A stretch of 64,000 nt of DNA, taken from Mytilus californianus (lineage: Eukaryota). Positions within the stretch are counted from its first letter, which is position 1. Each line of letters begins with the position of its first letter. A program made the translations under genes and the position numbers. The notes under the pieces are model-generated. The model did no database searches and was not told the DNA's origin. It was given only the letters and a program-made list of their open reading frames with translations. The stretch spans positions 93,248,001 to 93,312,000 of the forward strand of contig NW_026262690.1 in NCBI RefSeq assembly GCF_021869535.1, written 5' to 3'. This document shows, piece after piece, positions 11,836-25,700 of this stretch.

Positions 11836-14800
11836 TCGTTTCTCGTTTTTTATATAGATTAGACCGTTGGTTTTCCTGTTTGGTTTTACACTAGTCATTT
11901 TGGGGGCCCTTTATAGCTTGCTGTTCGGTGTGAGCCAAGGCTCCATGTTGAAGGCCGTACTTTGACCTATAATGGTTTACTTTGACAAATTGTGACTTGG
12001 ATGGAGAGATTTCTTGTTGGCACTTATACCACATCTTCTTATATCTATATATTATGTGTCGTTGAAGTTAATGCAGGTTTGTCAATGCCTAATTCCCTTA
12101 TCAAGCAGTTTATATAATGTTATTTACACAAAAAAAGTATCGTTTTGGCCATCTGTAGGGACAATACCATATTTTTCTTGGTGGTAAGACATGTATTAAG
12201 CAAAATTAAGTATCTGAAGAAAGATCGAGGATGGATATTCATAGAGACATTAAGGTGTTTATTTCTGATTCCTATCGACAACCTCACACTTTAATACATT
12301 CGAAAGAGTATATGCAATATTTATTTTACGTTTTGTTCATTGTCTGACATAAACCTTGACAATCTATAAAATCAGTATGTCTAACGATTTTTTATCACAT
12401 TATTTATTTATCATCATTATTTTCGTTTTTTTTTTCTTTAAAATTTTAGCTTACACACTATTTTTAGTAGGATCTGCTTACCCTTCTGAGACACCTGCGA
12501 TCACCACCAGTTTTTGGTGGAGTTTGTGTTGCTCTGTCTTTAGTTTTCTATGTTGTGTTTTGTATGGTATTGTTTGTCTTTTGGTCGTTTCTCGTTTTTT
12601 CCGTTGCCATGACGTTGTCAGTATGTTTAGACTTATGAGTTTGAACGTCCCTTTGGTATATCTTTCGCCTCTCTTTTAGAAAGGTGTTATTGTTATAGTG
12701 TTTATGTTATCAGTTATAACTAGTCCAACCGGATAATATATGAATTGTTAGTCTACGCACAATATTGAGATTCTGCAACACGTGTTTGCAACTAAAAAAA
12801 TTTAGTCGCAAATGGAGTGTTAACAATTATAGGTATCAAAGATGATTGGAACATATTCGTCTTTACATTAGGGAGGTTGTTTAGAATCGATCTAATTATG
12901 ATAAAGGCTAAACACTGCAATAAGACCTTTGTTAGCAAGTTAAATAAATTTTAGAAAATAGCGATTCTTCTAGTCATCTTTTCATACAAATTGGTTGGAA
13001 AAGTTTGTGATTGACAATATCTTAGAAGATAACTGTAAATTTGCATTGATTTTGGGGATTTGTAACAGGGATTTCCAACATAATGTGTACAGACGTTTTC
13101 AGTTTTTCTTGGACTTATAAGTTGAATGGAATTCCCTTTGCTATTTTCCGCCTTTCTTCTGTATAGCTAATCAAGTTTCTAAAGGGAAATGATTATAGTT
13201 TCGAGCGAAAAGATGTATACTCATATGTCCTTTGATTGAGTTAAGCTATTTCAGTTGATATTTTATAGTGTGTCTTTCTATGTTGTGATGTTACACTATT
13301 GTTTCATAAAAAGGGTGAAGGTTTGGTACCATTAAAACGTTTAAACCCGCTGCATTTGTTTGCACCTGTCCTAAGTCAGGAATCTGATGTTCAGTAGTTG
13401 TCGTTTGTTGATGTGGTTCATAAGTGTTTCTCGTTTCTCGTTTTTTATATAGATTAGACCGTTGGTTTTCCCGTTTGAATGGTTTTACACTAGTAATTTT
13501 TGGGGTCCTTTATAGCTTACTGTTCGGCGTGAGCCAAGGCTCCGTGTTGAAGACCGTACTGTGACCTGTAATGGTTTACTTTTATAAATTTTGACTTGGA
13601 TGGATAGTTGTCTCATTGGCACTCATACCACATCTTCTTATATCTATCAACATATTATTTAAGGAAGTAGTATACAACAAAGTATAACAGTAAAAGTAGA
13701 AGTACACAAAAACAACAAGTGTCATTCATGATAGCTTACATGGTTGTTTAAATTATTTTTTTCTATGGAAAATGTGTGTGCGATACTGTTTTTAATAAGT
13801 TTGAAATGTCAATACATTGTCAAAATATGTTAGAAACTTGAGGCCGTCAGAATGTCTTTGTCTTTTTTATCCTTGACATTTATAGTCATGCATATGGTAG
13901 TACGGGAATTGTATATCCTGCGCAGTGCTTTGGTGCTTTTTTCTGAGCTGAATTTTCTTTTATTGTTTGGCTGAAATTCTGAAATCCGTTTTATTGTATT
14001 TATCTCCTTCCTTTTGGGACAGTTAATTTCCTTTCCAATTCATTTAAAAACTTTATGATAGTCAATAGTGTTATTTTACACCCCAGTTCTATTGTTATAC
14101 TTCATAGTTTCTATTTCTGAAACAAGTGTAAATTGAATAGATCTATTGTTACGAATAACAATGGATTTTGACCACAGGGTGTGACGAGCGGGGTTTTCTG
14201 GATACCCCTGCTTCCAGGGGCTTTTCTAGGATATTTGAAAGAGGGGGCGTAGAATCAAATCTTTCGTATGGGGTATGAATCGTGGGTCTATATGCTAAAG
14301 GTCTTGAGTTCGATTCCCAGCATAGACACTGGATTTTTCTACATAAATTTTGATAGTTAGTCTTTTCCGTATAAATATTTCTAAGTTTTATTGTGGATTT
14401 GACATTCCCGCCAATTATGCTATGTTTTCCTTGTTAGTCATCCCGGAATTGGACCTGGGAAGTCACATTTCCATTTCCTAGAATTGCTAGCGTCGATATG
14501 TTGATAGAAAGAAGATAAACTAAGTCTTGGTCCAATATGTACAAAGAAAAACAATATTATTTCTATGCAAGACAACGGACAAATTGAAATAGAAGACATG
14601 GAAGCGAATTGTAAAATTTAATTGCATAGTGTGTTCCAACTATATATAGCATTATTTACACCCTGCATAATTCTGGAAAATGAAAATAACACATTATGAA
14701 ATGCTGTGTACGAAGTTCGTAAACAAACTGAAACATGTATCAATAAAAATGGAATAAATCACTCATATAGGACAATGAAAAGAGCAATACATATCTAGAT

Positions 14801-16354
14801 GTATGGAGTTGTAAAAAAGTTGACGGAAAAGACATCATCTTGGTCCATTGGTCTCTGGTGATATTTATGTCATTGGCAATAATACCAAATCTCCGTTTTT
14901 TATACTGTTAAAAGTTAAAAAAAAAAATGAAAACAACACGTTATAAATTTCATGCGTCCGTAGTAACTGGCGACGGGATAACCCATGAGAAAAACACACT
15001 TTCAAATTTGTTAAGTTAATGTATAAAGAAACAAACAGGAGTGTGTAGACTGATCACGAAGCAAGAAAAGGAAAACGTTAAAGAAAAAGATCATCAATAT
15101 TGTCGGTTGCATTTTCTATAAATGATGAATTTTATATAACATCCTGGAATACTCTAACGTTTCGATACCTAACACTTTGTAATTGTAATGTGAAATGGAT
15201 GGTGTACTAGAAAACATATATATATTTTTTTTTAATAAGGAGATGTGATATGATTGACAATGATGCAACTATCCACCAGAGTTTAAATGGCGTGAATGTC
15301 ACCCAACGACCTTCAACAATGTCTTGAAAATCCGTAAAAATTCAAGTAACGTTATTTAAAGTTAACACTATGATTTTACAATTGGGTCTTTTGTTTGGAA
15401 TGTCCATCTGTCATCTATCTTTTCTTTTAAGTCTATATTCTTTTGCAGTATCTTGCATCGTGTAATAAAAAAAAATAGAAATAATTTATTTTAGAAAAAA
15501 AAAAATTTATTCATCAGATTCCAAATAATTCACCTGTGAGAGATTTTTTTTTTTTGGATCTCCATTATCTTTGTGTGTCAATAAATACATAATGTGCAAG
15601 GATGTTATTAAGAAATAGTGATTTTGAAAAGGTATTAAAAATGTATTCTTCAAATATTTTTCATTTCCCAAGATTAAGCTTCTTTTGTAAATCTAACCAA
15701 AATTAGTTTACTTATCATCCAGTGGCAAGTATTTCATGAATATTTAACACATTAAACAAAAAATCATTTAGGAAGTGTGCAAAGTAAGTTAATAGGGATG
15801 AAGGCTGGGAAAATTGGACTGAGTAGATTGTTTGCCTTGTTATCTATAGATTGCCTTCGAATCCCTTAAAGAACTACGTACATACAGCTTAGCATTCTCT
15901 CTTCACAATGTAATGGAGTTCATGTCTCTATGCTTACCAGACGTTGCTGCATATCTATACATCTTGAATTACCAAAGATGATACTAAGAAGTCCTGATGA
16001 CATATATTTTTACACCTTTTAAGCTTTGGAATCACTGAAAATGTATATAGATATAAGAAGATGTGGTATAAGTGCCAATGAGACAACTCTCCATCCAAGT
16101 CAAAATTTATAAAAGTAAACCATTATAGGTCAAAGTACGGTCTTCAACACGGAGCCTTGGCTCACACCGAACAGCAAGCTATAAAGGGCCCCAAAAATTA
16201 CTAGTGTAAAACCATTCAAACGGGAAAACCAACGGTCTAATCTATATAAAAAACGAGAAACGAGAAACACTTATGAACCACATCAACAAACGACAACTAC
16301 TGAACATCAGATTCCTGACTTAGGACAGGTGCAAACAATTGCAGCGGGTTTAAA
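11836..16354. repeat. Three copies of a high-copy interspersed repeat: 11836-12048 (+), about 13235-13646 (+), 16046-16354 (-)
   Basis: Shared core tatatagattagaccgttggttttcccgtttgaatgg...ccacatcttcttatatcta; the third copy is inverted. Degenerate relatives at about 17760-17990 and 18580-18710. Confidence 0.85.
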
Positions 16355-18726
16355 TATACATGTATATATGATTATATTACTACTTCTTAATCGGTGTTAT
16401 TGCCGATGAACTGTCAGTCCACACCTGTAACCACTCAGCGGTTATTAAAATGATTTAGCGTTGATTTAAGTTTTAAACTTTCAGATTATTTCAAAAGCAC
16501 GCATTTCTTCTGGAACTAAGGTTGCAAAGGCAAGGTTGTCATCAATTCTGTTTTGATGTTTTTTATACTATGGCTACCCATGCATCTGGCATTTGGGCAT
16601 ACCAGGCGAAGGTTATTGCAGAAACACTTACCTTGCAGAATAAAATCGGTATCATGTGTTTATATAAAAATTTTATGTATGACTGTCCTGTGAGATAATT
16701 CATACAGGAAAGCAAATAAAATTAGCCTGCCTTATTTTCATTGAAACTTTATACAAAATCTTTTCATTTCCGGAGATTCAAGTTTCTTTTATAGGGCTGT
16801 TATGATCGCTTCCGTTTATCAAAAGCAATTTACATCTTCTTTTAATCATGACAGCTTGTCTTTCCTGGTAATACTATACGTATACTATTGGTACTTTGAT
16901 ATTGGTGTCAGATAAGCTGTCTTATCGTACTTCCCTGTGTCTATATAACCTGCTCAGTCGCTCAATATCTCGTATCGCAGTCTTTTGACGTTTGGGGAGA
17001 ACTTTCACTATATGTGTAGACTATTGATGTACCGATTGTCAGGTTGTCTGCATATTGATATTGTAAAATATCAGCTTCGAGTCACAATATTAAGCTTTTT
17101 GTTGAATGAGCGCAGCAAACGAGTTCAAAAAGGCTTCATATTGTATCGAGCAGCTGATATATTCAATATCAATACGCAGACAACCAGATAATCGATTTAT
17201 CGGGTTGTATTTACGTATTTTTCATAATAGAAACAAGCGTTTTCTTTGTTTACCATCAAACCGGAAGATAAGTTCGAGTCAAACTAACATTTCAACGTCG
17301 GTTCATTCATTATGACGTCAGTGATATGTCCGGGTCAAAGTTATTAAGGTCGGGTCAACGTATTTTACGTGATATGCAATTTTATCAAGAGCTGACAGAG
17401 TGATGCAGACAGTCGGACGACCGATAGAGTTTGATATTGGTGTTAGATAAGTTGTCGTCCCTTTCGATTTAAAATCAAAAATCTTCTTAAACTCGGGTCA
17501 AATTTGAGGCTTTCTTATACTGTGGTGCCTATGCATTGGTGATACCATAATATACTTACTTTGGTTACCATGTATTGTTGGTTTGTTGTTTGAATATATA
17601 CCAAAAATTTCTAACTAAAGAAACAGCATCAGCATGAGTGAAATATATACAACTGTATTTAAATGGTTAGAATCCAAAAAAAGTTAATTCCGTTATTTTC
17701 ATATTCTTTATTACAAAAGTTTATAATAAGTTCCTTAATTATAGTATTGTTGTTTGAGCATAAATGAGGTCGTTGGCTTTTTCGTTTGAACTGTTTCACT
17801 TTTTGTCATTTAGGGGCTTTTTATAGATTATTATATGGTATGTGTTTGCTCATTGTTGAATTATATGGTATGTGTTTGCTCATTATTGAAGGTCGTATGG
17901 TGACCCATGGTTGCTTACGTCCACGTCCTTTGGTCTCTCGGGTGGATATTTTTCTCATTGGCAATAATATCACATCTGCTTATTTTGATACATTTTAAAG
18001 GACAGATATATAAGTTGCAGAAAATTTACTAATGCTGAGATGAAACGATGACGGTTCTTTTTTTGTGTAGCCAATACATAGTATTGATATATAGAGCCTT
18101 TAAATGTTTAGAGGAGACCTTGAGCTGAGATTTGGCAATGGTATGCTTTTCATTTATTTGACTCGGGTGGTACGAACACAAAACGCATTCCGAGTATTTT
18201 TAACTTTTATCTTACCCTAGAAGTGGACTGGACGTACTATTAATAACTCGTCTATTAATTGTTAAATTATTTTGAAATGTGATATCCGAATATCAACAAT
18301 TTTCTTCATTAATTGAGATCAAAACCAAGTGAAGGTTTATTCCGTTTACGCCAATATTTTTACAATAGGATTAAAGAGTGCCTTTAATTATCTGGTGACA
18401 GTTTATTTTCGAAAGAGGATGATATTTAGGTCCTTTTTTTCGAAAGTTTATAACCTCTCGGTCTTTTTTTCCCCTTCGTCTAACCCGGCAAAAAATTACC
18501 TCCGGTATATTTAAAGTCTGAAACACATGATGACGTTGTAAAAAACTGGTACTATATATATATATATATATATATATACAAGGAGTTGTGGTATGATTGC
18601 CAATGAGACAACTCATGATCCACCAGAGTTAAAAGGACGTGGATATTAGCAATTATGGGTCACCGTACAGCCTTTATCAATGAAAAAACCCACACAGTAT
18701 AGTCAGCTGTAAAAGCACTACCTATA

Positions 18727-20256
18727 GCCGAGTACCGCAGAAAGTGATTTTCCCCCGATTATAGTACTGATTTTCCTCGATTTTACACTATAGTTCTATT
18801 ATTTAATTTAAGTAGCTTAAACTAATCAATTGGTTAAAGATCATTTATTCTGTCTGGTCAGCAGTCATTAGTAAGTGATATCCTGAGGTGGGATTGCTTT
18901 GAAGTTACATCATGACCTTCCTTATTCTTTGTATTGATGCTGTTGCAGCTGATTTGAGTAAAAAAAATCTGTTTTAGTCTGCATTTAGAAAACTGGTAGT
19001 ATAAATTAGATTTTTTTTCATGAAATTTTTTTCAAATATAATAATCTGAAAAATGCAAGTAGAAATTTGGACAAAAAACTAGCAATTAAACTTGAGCTTT
19101 GGTGTACAGATTGTCCCCGATCAGCTTGTGTTGATTACAGATTTTCCCTGATACCTATACATATTGTCCCCGATTTTGAAAAAGCTAATTCTTCAAAAAT
19201 AAAGCTAATATGTGGATCTTCAGTACACATAGGCATGTGCTAATAAAAATAGTGGAATATATGAAAATTTTTCCTGTAAACTTGTAATTCTACAATTTTA
19301 TATATAAAATTGAATTAGAGATTTTTTTGTTCATTGATATTTCATTGGTTGGTTCAGAAACTTTAAACAGGTTTCTGCTTGCTTGGGGTTCATAACATAC
19401 TGTTTGTATATTTCTGGATTCATAGTTTGGTGAATTTGATAAATTGTCTGAAAAGGTTGGAGATTGTGATGATTTGCCTTTTTTGATAATCTTTTGTTGT
19501 GTATTTGTTGATAAGTTACAAATTATAATTTTTTCATCTTGTCTAGAAGTTCTGGAATGAATGCATGGTATGTTATCTTTCACCACACTCTTCAAGTCTT
19601 CTCCAAATGACAAGTTTTTCAGATGAATGTGTCTTCTGATGGTGAGCTACTATTTCTTCAAAGATGACATTTTTAGAAAGCTATTAAAGCTATGTTGATA
19701 TGTTTTTGCAAGTAACAGTTAAAAATTAAACTCAGAATGAACCTTTTTCCTTACGATACTATAAGAGAAAATCGGGGGAAATCTGTAATTAACTTCATCT
19801 TCTCTGGGACATTCTGTACACTGATAGTGGACAATCAGTACACTGCATCAGAAATTGAAATCATATTTTTTTAGTATTTACCTAATCCCCTTAAAAAAGT
19901 ACTCCCAGCAGGCTAAGTTTACTTAATTTGCACATTTGAATAAGTATTCTACAATTAGAGAAATAACATTTAGATATTTGAATAATATAAGAAAATCACT
20001 TCCCATGACTTCCTTGCTTCGGAAAAGTTTCTATTTTTAGGATTGGTCATCAAAATCCATATTGCCCATGGGAGGTCAATGTTAAAAATGTATGAATGAA
20101 AAGGAAGGTTGCATAATTATTGACACAGATTTTCTTTAATTCATATATAATTCCCCTTTTGATGTTATTTACATAGGAAAATCGGGAAAAATCAGTAATC
20201 AATCGGGGAAAATCAGTACTGTTATCGGGGGAAAATCACTTTCTGCCGTACTCGGT
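18727..20256. mobile_element. Non-autonomous TIR transposon (about 1.5 kb), TA-flanked, superfamily uncertain
   Basis: About 56-bp TIR (g/a)ccgagtac.gcagaaagtgattttcccccgat...gtactgattttcc.cgatt; TA at 18725-18726 and 20257-20258. Confidence 0.8.
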
Positions 20257-21254
20257 TACAAGGTCCCTACATTAAAATTGTGAGACAATTCAGACGAGAA
20301 AACTAACGACCTACTTAATTACAGTATAATGTACCAAAAAAACAAAAACAAATATGATAGACATGAACAACGACAACCACTGAATTACAGGCTCTTCACT
20401 TGGGACAGACACATGCATAAAGTATGTTGAGCATGTTTGTAAGCGCTCAGTCCTCCCTTAACTTGTGACAGTGGTGTAACAGAACACCATAAGAACAAAC
20501 TGTTAAAAAACAGTTCCAAATGGCTTAACTCAACAGATCGGTAGGAAGCACACAAAAACAACTAACATAAAAACAATAGAAACAAAGCACCAATATAAGA
20601 GAACTCGCAGTTCAGAGCCAATTTCAAATAATTAATAAATCATGTTTTCTCTGACTAAATTATCAATCAGCACACATCCAACGGATTAAACGTAAAGACG
20701 TCATAAACAGTATAAGAAACGCATGGTCTTGTGCAATGCCAAAATATAAGTAAACAATATCTATAGGATATAGTACTCATAGCTGTAAATATATAGCAAT
20801 TTCATATATTTATTTATGTTTTAATTTTTCAAAAACACAATCAATGTTAGTACCAATTAAACAATGATTTAACTACGGTGTTAAATCGATAACCTTTAAA
20901 AACAAGTTTAATTAAAGGATCAAAGAGTTTACATGGATCGTATCTAAATTTACGGGCTCTATAAACACCACCACCGTAAGATTATGATGTTTTATCCTGT
21001 TTTTAATAAAAATTCTACTTGTGCCAATTGTTTCATAGACTTATTTTGTTGGCCTCCAATCTTTAAGGTAAAAAAAAACATATGTTCTTTCTTTCACTTT
21101 TTTGTTACTCGCAATTCTGATATATTTTGAGATCATTTTTTTTCAACACAATATTTTAGGTCAAATTTCTCAAATTGTTTTTAAATATTATTTATTGTCA
21201 TCTCAATGTTGCATAACTGGTAAAAGTTCAGATTTTCAAACAAAATACTTATAG

Positions 21255-21480
21255 TTCTTGAAAAGTTGACACCTGTGTTTGTACAAATAAACACGACTTA
21301 AATTAGGCTCACAAACAGTTGATTTACAACGACCGAGAACTACAAGGTATGGCAAAAAGAGCTTTAGCTTTGAGGCAGCAAAGTTGTGGAACTCCCTGTC
21401 TATAACCATGCACGGACCCTCTCACTTTTTGGACATTTCAAACATTTTATTTCAACATATAAATCCTCAGATAACCACCG
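21255..21480 (+). mobile_element. CR1/L2-group LINE ORF2 3'-end remnant
   Basis: VDLQRPRTTRYGKKSFSFEAAKLWNSL, then a frameshift to NHARTLSLFGHFKHFISTY; typical LINE C-terminal motif. Confidence 0.75.
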
Positions 21481-22525
21481 TGCTTCTGTAGCTGATGTAG
21501 ACTATAACTTTGCTGTCCCAAAGCTGAAGTCTTCTAGCCTTCAGTCGGTTCTTTTTATTGTTTGCTCTTATTTTAATTTATTTAATAGTGCTTTTGTCTC
21601 TTTGCCAGCTACAGTTAAATATGTGTTTAGCTTGTTTGCTTTGATTTATGCATGTTGCTTATTTATTATAATATGCATGTGTTTTATTTATAGGCAGTGG
21701 CTATTTTGCCGGCACCAGCAAAATAGAAAATATGCTATTTTGCCGGCTCTAGGTAAGTGGAAGCCAGGTTAAAAACTATTTTGTTTACATATATGCAATT
21801 CAGAGAACTGACTCAGTATTATTTCAAAAAACAAATTTAATTTAAAAATTTTTGATTTTTTAAGCTTTGTGAATGATTGTGTAATATTGTATAATGTAAT
21901 GTCAAATTAATGATGCAATGAGATTTTTAACTTTTATTTCTTTATAACATAAGTTAAAAAATCTGAGGTTTTATTTTTATGCATTCATACAGGGACAGTC
22001 TATACTAAATAGTTAGTATATACTGTCCCTGATTCAAATAGCTTTAAACTGTGACTGATTTTAGAAATAATTTCAACTGCATGTTTTGATATGATTTCAT
22101 TGCAACAAATAGATGCTCAATATCTTTATTCTTAAACTTCTTATGTTTTTAAGCAATCATATGTATCTCAAATATTGTTAGCTGTTTTCTTATTTAACTT
22201 GGCTACCCGGCGGTATATCAAACGAGAAAACTAACGGCCTGATTTTAATATGTGCAAAATAATGAACAAAAACAATACATGTATTGTATGTCTCTGCTAA
22301 GACGTAACCTGTCACCAAATTTAAGAAAAACGAGCTTAAACCTAGCCAAAAACTTACTATGTATTGCAACTCGTCGTATCAATCAACATATCGTATAAAA
22401 ATAGTAACAGCGCACCGGATTATATTATCTGAATCGTGCTTGTTTTCAAGTTTATAATTATTGTTTAACTTCCGATGATAATTTGGAAGGAAGCAAGATA
22501 TGTTTCTGTTTGAAGTTTTCTTATT

Positions 22526-22763
22526 ATGAAGAGATTTCATTCACTTTACGTATACTTCACGCAAACGAAACGCATCTTACGAACATTTAAATCACCAGAA
22601 AGAACGTTGTCAACAGCTTTTATTATAAACAGCAGCAAGAAAAATAGAACTATTCTTGGCTTTCCACTTTTGGTTTCGGTTGGCATGGAAAGAAATAAAG
22701 AAACACACCAAAATGAGCCTATAACTCGACAAAAGTATAGTACCAAAATAAAAGAACAAAAGG
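22526..22763 (+). CDS. MACROD2: MACROD exon 1 (MKRFHSL...KIKEQK)
   Basis: ATG at 22526, donor g|gtaaac at 22764, phase 1. Joins to give [18 protein letters not shown], resembling the MACROD2 N-terminus (REEKERLLKMTLEERR). In-frame second ATG at 22685. Confidence 0.75.
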
Positions 22764-25700
22764 GTAAACGGCCATTTATTTTCAGTATTATTTCGTAGTA
22801 CCATGACTTGCTTGATTAGAATAAAAAAGGGTGGTATAGAATAATTAATGCCCAGAATAAGTAGATACCTCTTATCAAATTGTTAAACTGTTTTACATAG
22901 TTCATTAGATAAATTAATAAAGAATAATTATATTTGTGAAATTTGCACAAAACGGACTTTGTATGACCATTTGGTACAATTATTTGATGATTAAGTGGGT
23001 GTGTCTTATCTTCAAGTCGTTGAGTTCTACACACAGGCCTTTGTCTCTTTAAAAAAAATATGCCTCTATACCTTTACTAAACACAAGGTACCGGGTACAT
23101 TTGTACTCATTTTCAATTTTGGTGAACTTGCACATGTTCAATATGTTCAATTTTTTAAAAAAAATTTCCACAGTCGTCATTCCCCAAAAAACTTTCTATG
23201 TCATAAAGCTATATTAATTTATCTATAGAATAGGGTATGACGCATCGTTTGCTGTCTGATATAATTTGTTGGAGGCCTTTCAATTAGGCTTACCTTAAGT
23301 CATGTCCTCATCTTACAATATGCTGACAATGTTCAATCCCTTACGAGCATGACGAGAGTAATTCAAAAGCTATTACTAAAAATCTCTACATTTTCCCTTG
23401 TAAAGAACATACATGTATATTGAAGAAATTGTTATAAAAAATTTAATTTGCAATATTATAGGTTTTTTTAAAGTTAGAAATCTATCAGGTTGTCCAAAAC
23501 CGATCAAGATTCCTTGACTTCTTATTTGAATATTTAAACATTTCCAGTTCATAATGAGGATAGGACATGGCAAGGTGTGTGTTTTAAATTAAAAAAATCA
23601 ACTGTCTCGAGTGTAGAAATATCATTTTACAGTCGATGCAGTGGTAGATCCTATATATACAAAAAATAATTTGAACTACCTACATGTACATGTAGTTACA
23701 ATAAAATTCTTATCTGGTAGTATGAGTATTTTCAACCAGATGTAATACCATAGGTGTGATCCTGTTCTTAATTGTAGTTTTAAATTTGATTGCAGTTCAT
23801 TGTACAAAATTTTTGGATTGTTGAAAAAGATTAGATACATGCAAAAATATGCAGTACATGTATATTGTACATATATCATGTACACTATGTACATGTTTAT
23901 TCTACTAATATCAACTACAATAGTATAGAATTATACAATCCTGAGCAAAGAAGCCTGAATTATAGTTCAAAAATAAAATAAATGCTCATTAATGAATGAA
24001 ATTAACTGATTATGTATAAATATTGCTGGAAGTTTAAGTACTGTGAATTCATTATTATCTATGGGATACCAATTTTCCTGCATTTTGTTGATGAATTTAA
24101 ATGTACAATGAAGTATAAATTCTATATAGGCCTGTATGCAGATTTTTGTTTTGTAAAACCACAGAATCAAATATCTATGAAAAAAACACATAATGTACAA
24201 TATTTTCTTAATACACGAAAATTGGTACCGACGAAAATAGATGAATACCATCCTCTTATAACCTATTACATTTACTACAGATAAATTTCTGCTTATGCCA
24301 TTAGAAGAAAAGAGGAACATTTACAAATGTAGAGATAAATACAATACCCTGGAAGATGTACAGACATGGGAGGAATATTATAGTGAAAACAAAGATAAAT
24401 TACTAAAGAAAATTGGTAAGTATTTTCACATTAGAATTCTGCCTGTAAGATAAACAAACCTGAAGATCTGACAGCTGACAGAATATTCAGTAGTTTTCTT
24501 ATGTAGGAATATACAATAAATAAATACTAATATTTTTGTAATAAATTAAAGTTACCATCAATAATCCTGGTTCAATGTGAATGACTCAACACAACCAAGT
24601 GGGATTTCTACCTGAATCTCCTAGTGTGTACTGTGGAGGTTCCAACAGAGGTAAAAGATATCAAGACTTTAGATTTTCACCTAAGTTGGAAATACAATTA
24701 AAAGTGTCTGTCATATCAAGATAAGTGTAAGGGATAAATTGGGTAGGGAGAAAAGACAGAATTTTTAAGAATAATTTCTTGGAATTGCGAGCAAACAATC
24801 ATTATAATCAACCAAATTTTTTTAGAATTACAACAACTTTTATGTCTGAATTAGCATAATATTCCAATCATGAGCGTATTTAAAGAAATACATGTTTTAA
24901 GTTTGGACTTCAAATGTCAACAAAATCATTGACTTTTTACAACAAATTTGCTTGATTAAATCATTTATTTACATGTACCAACAAAATATACACATAAACA
25001 TAGAAAAATCAGTTCTTAAAATACTACAAATATCTCATTCTGATTAATTCAAGTCTCAATTGTGTTTAAGTGAACCGTGGTATAGCAAACATTGAATCCA
25101 CTCACAAAATCTTATCCAACACATTAGTAGGAAAAAACAGTCCATGGGAAATGACTCATTCAGATTGTTTGTTTCAGTTTCAGTTTTTGCTTCAAACTAT
25201 TGTTTATGAGAGTTATTATAGGTACAGTACGGACATATAAAATTTCCTTTCCTCTTTAAAAATGAGGCATTTTTTACATTCATTAATTTAAAAAATAAAA
25301 AAATAAACAATCACCAGGAAAGGTCCAAAAATAGGATAATCCTCATTAATTTTTTATGGTCAAACTGAGATCAGAGTGCAGAGAGGCAGAACAAAAGACA
25401 CAACAGATCTTCACCAACATTACAATGTATGATTATTTATAAAAATAGGATGTCTCTTATAGATTTCAATATCAAAGATCAAAAGTCTAGCAAAGATCAG
25501 AGGTCAAGGTCAAAACTGTCTTTGACCCTTGACAGAGGAAATGACTTTGTCAATGTCAACAAACTAATCTAAAGGAGAAATTTTGTTATAATAGCTTAAC
25601 AAGAAAACAATATTTTCAGCAAAAAAGAGTAATTTAGGAAAGAGTCATGGTGAGAGAAGAGAAGTGAGGCCAGATCTAAACAAGAAGGTGTCCCTATGGA

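Noticed and set aside
14275-14340. B-box-like gagttcgattccc
   Set aside because: No A box or acceptor stem could be supported; probably a decayed SINE fragment.
233-18616. Numerous 60-110 aa ORFs in the track
   Set aside because: Low-complexity, AT-rich, often non-ATG starts or overlapping repeats; no domain signal or exon-phase support.
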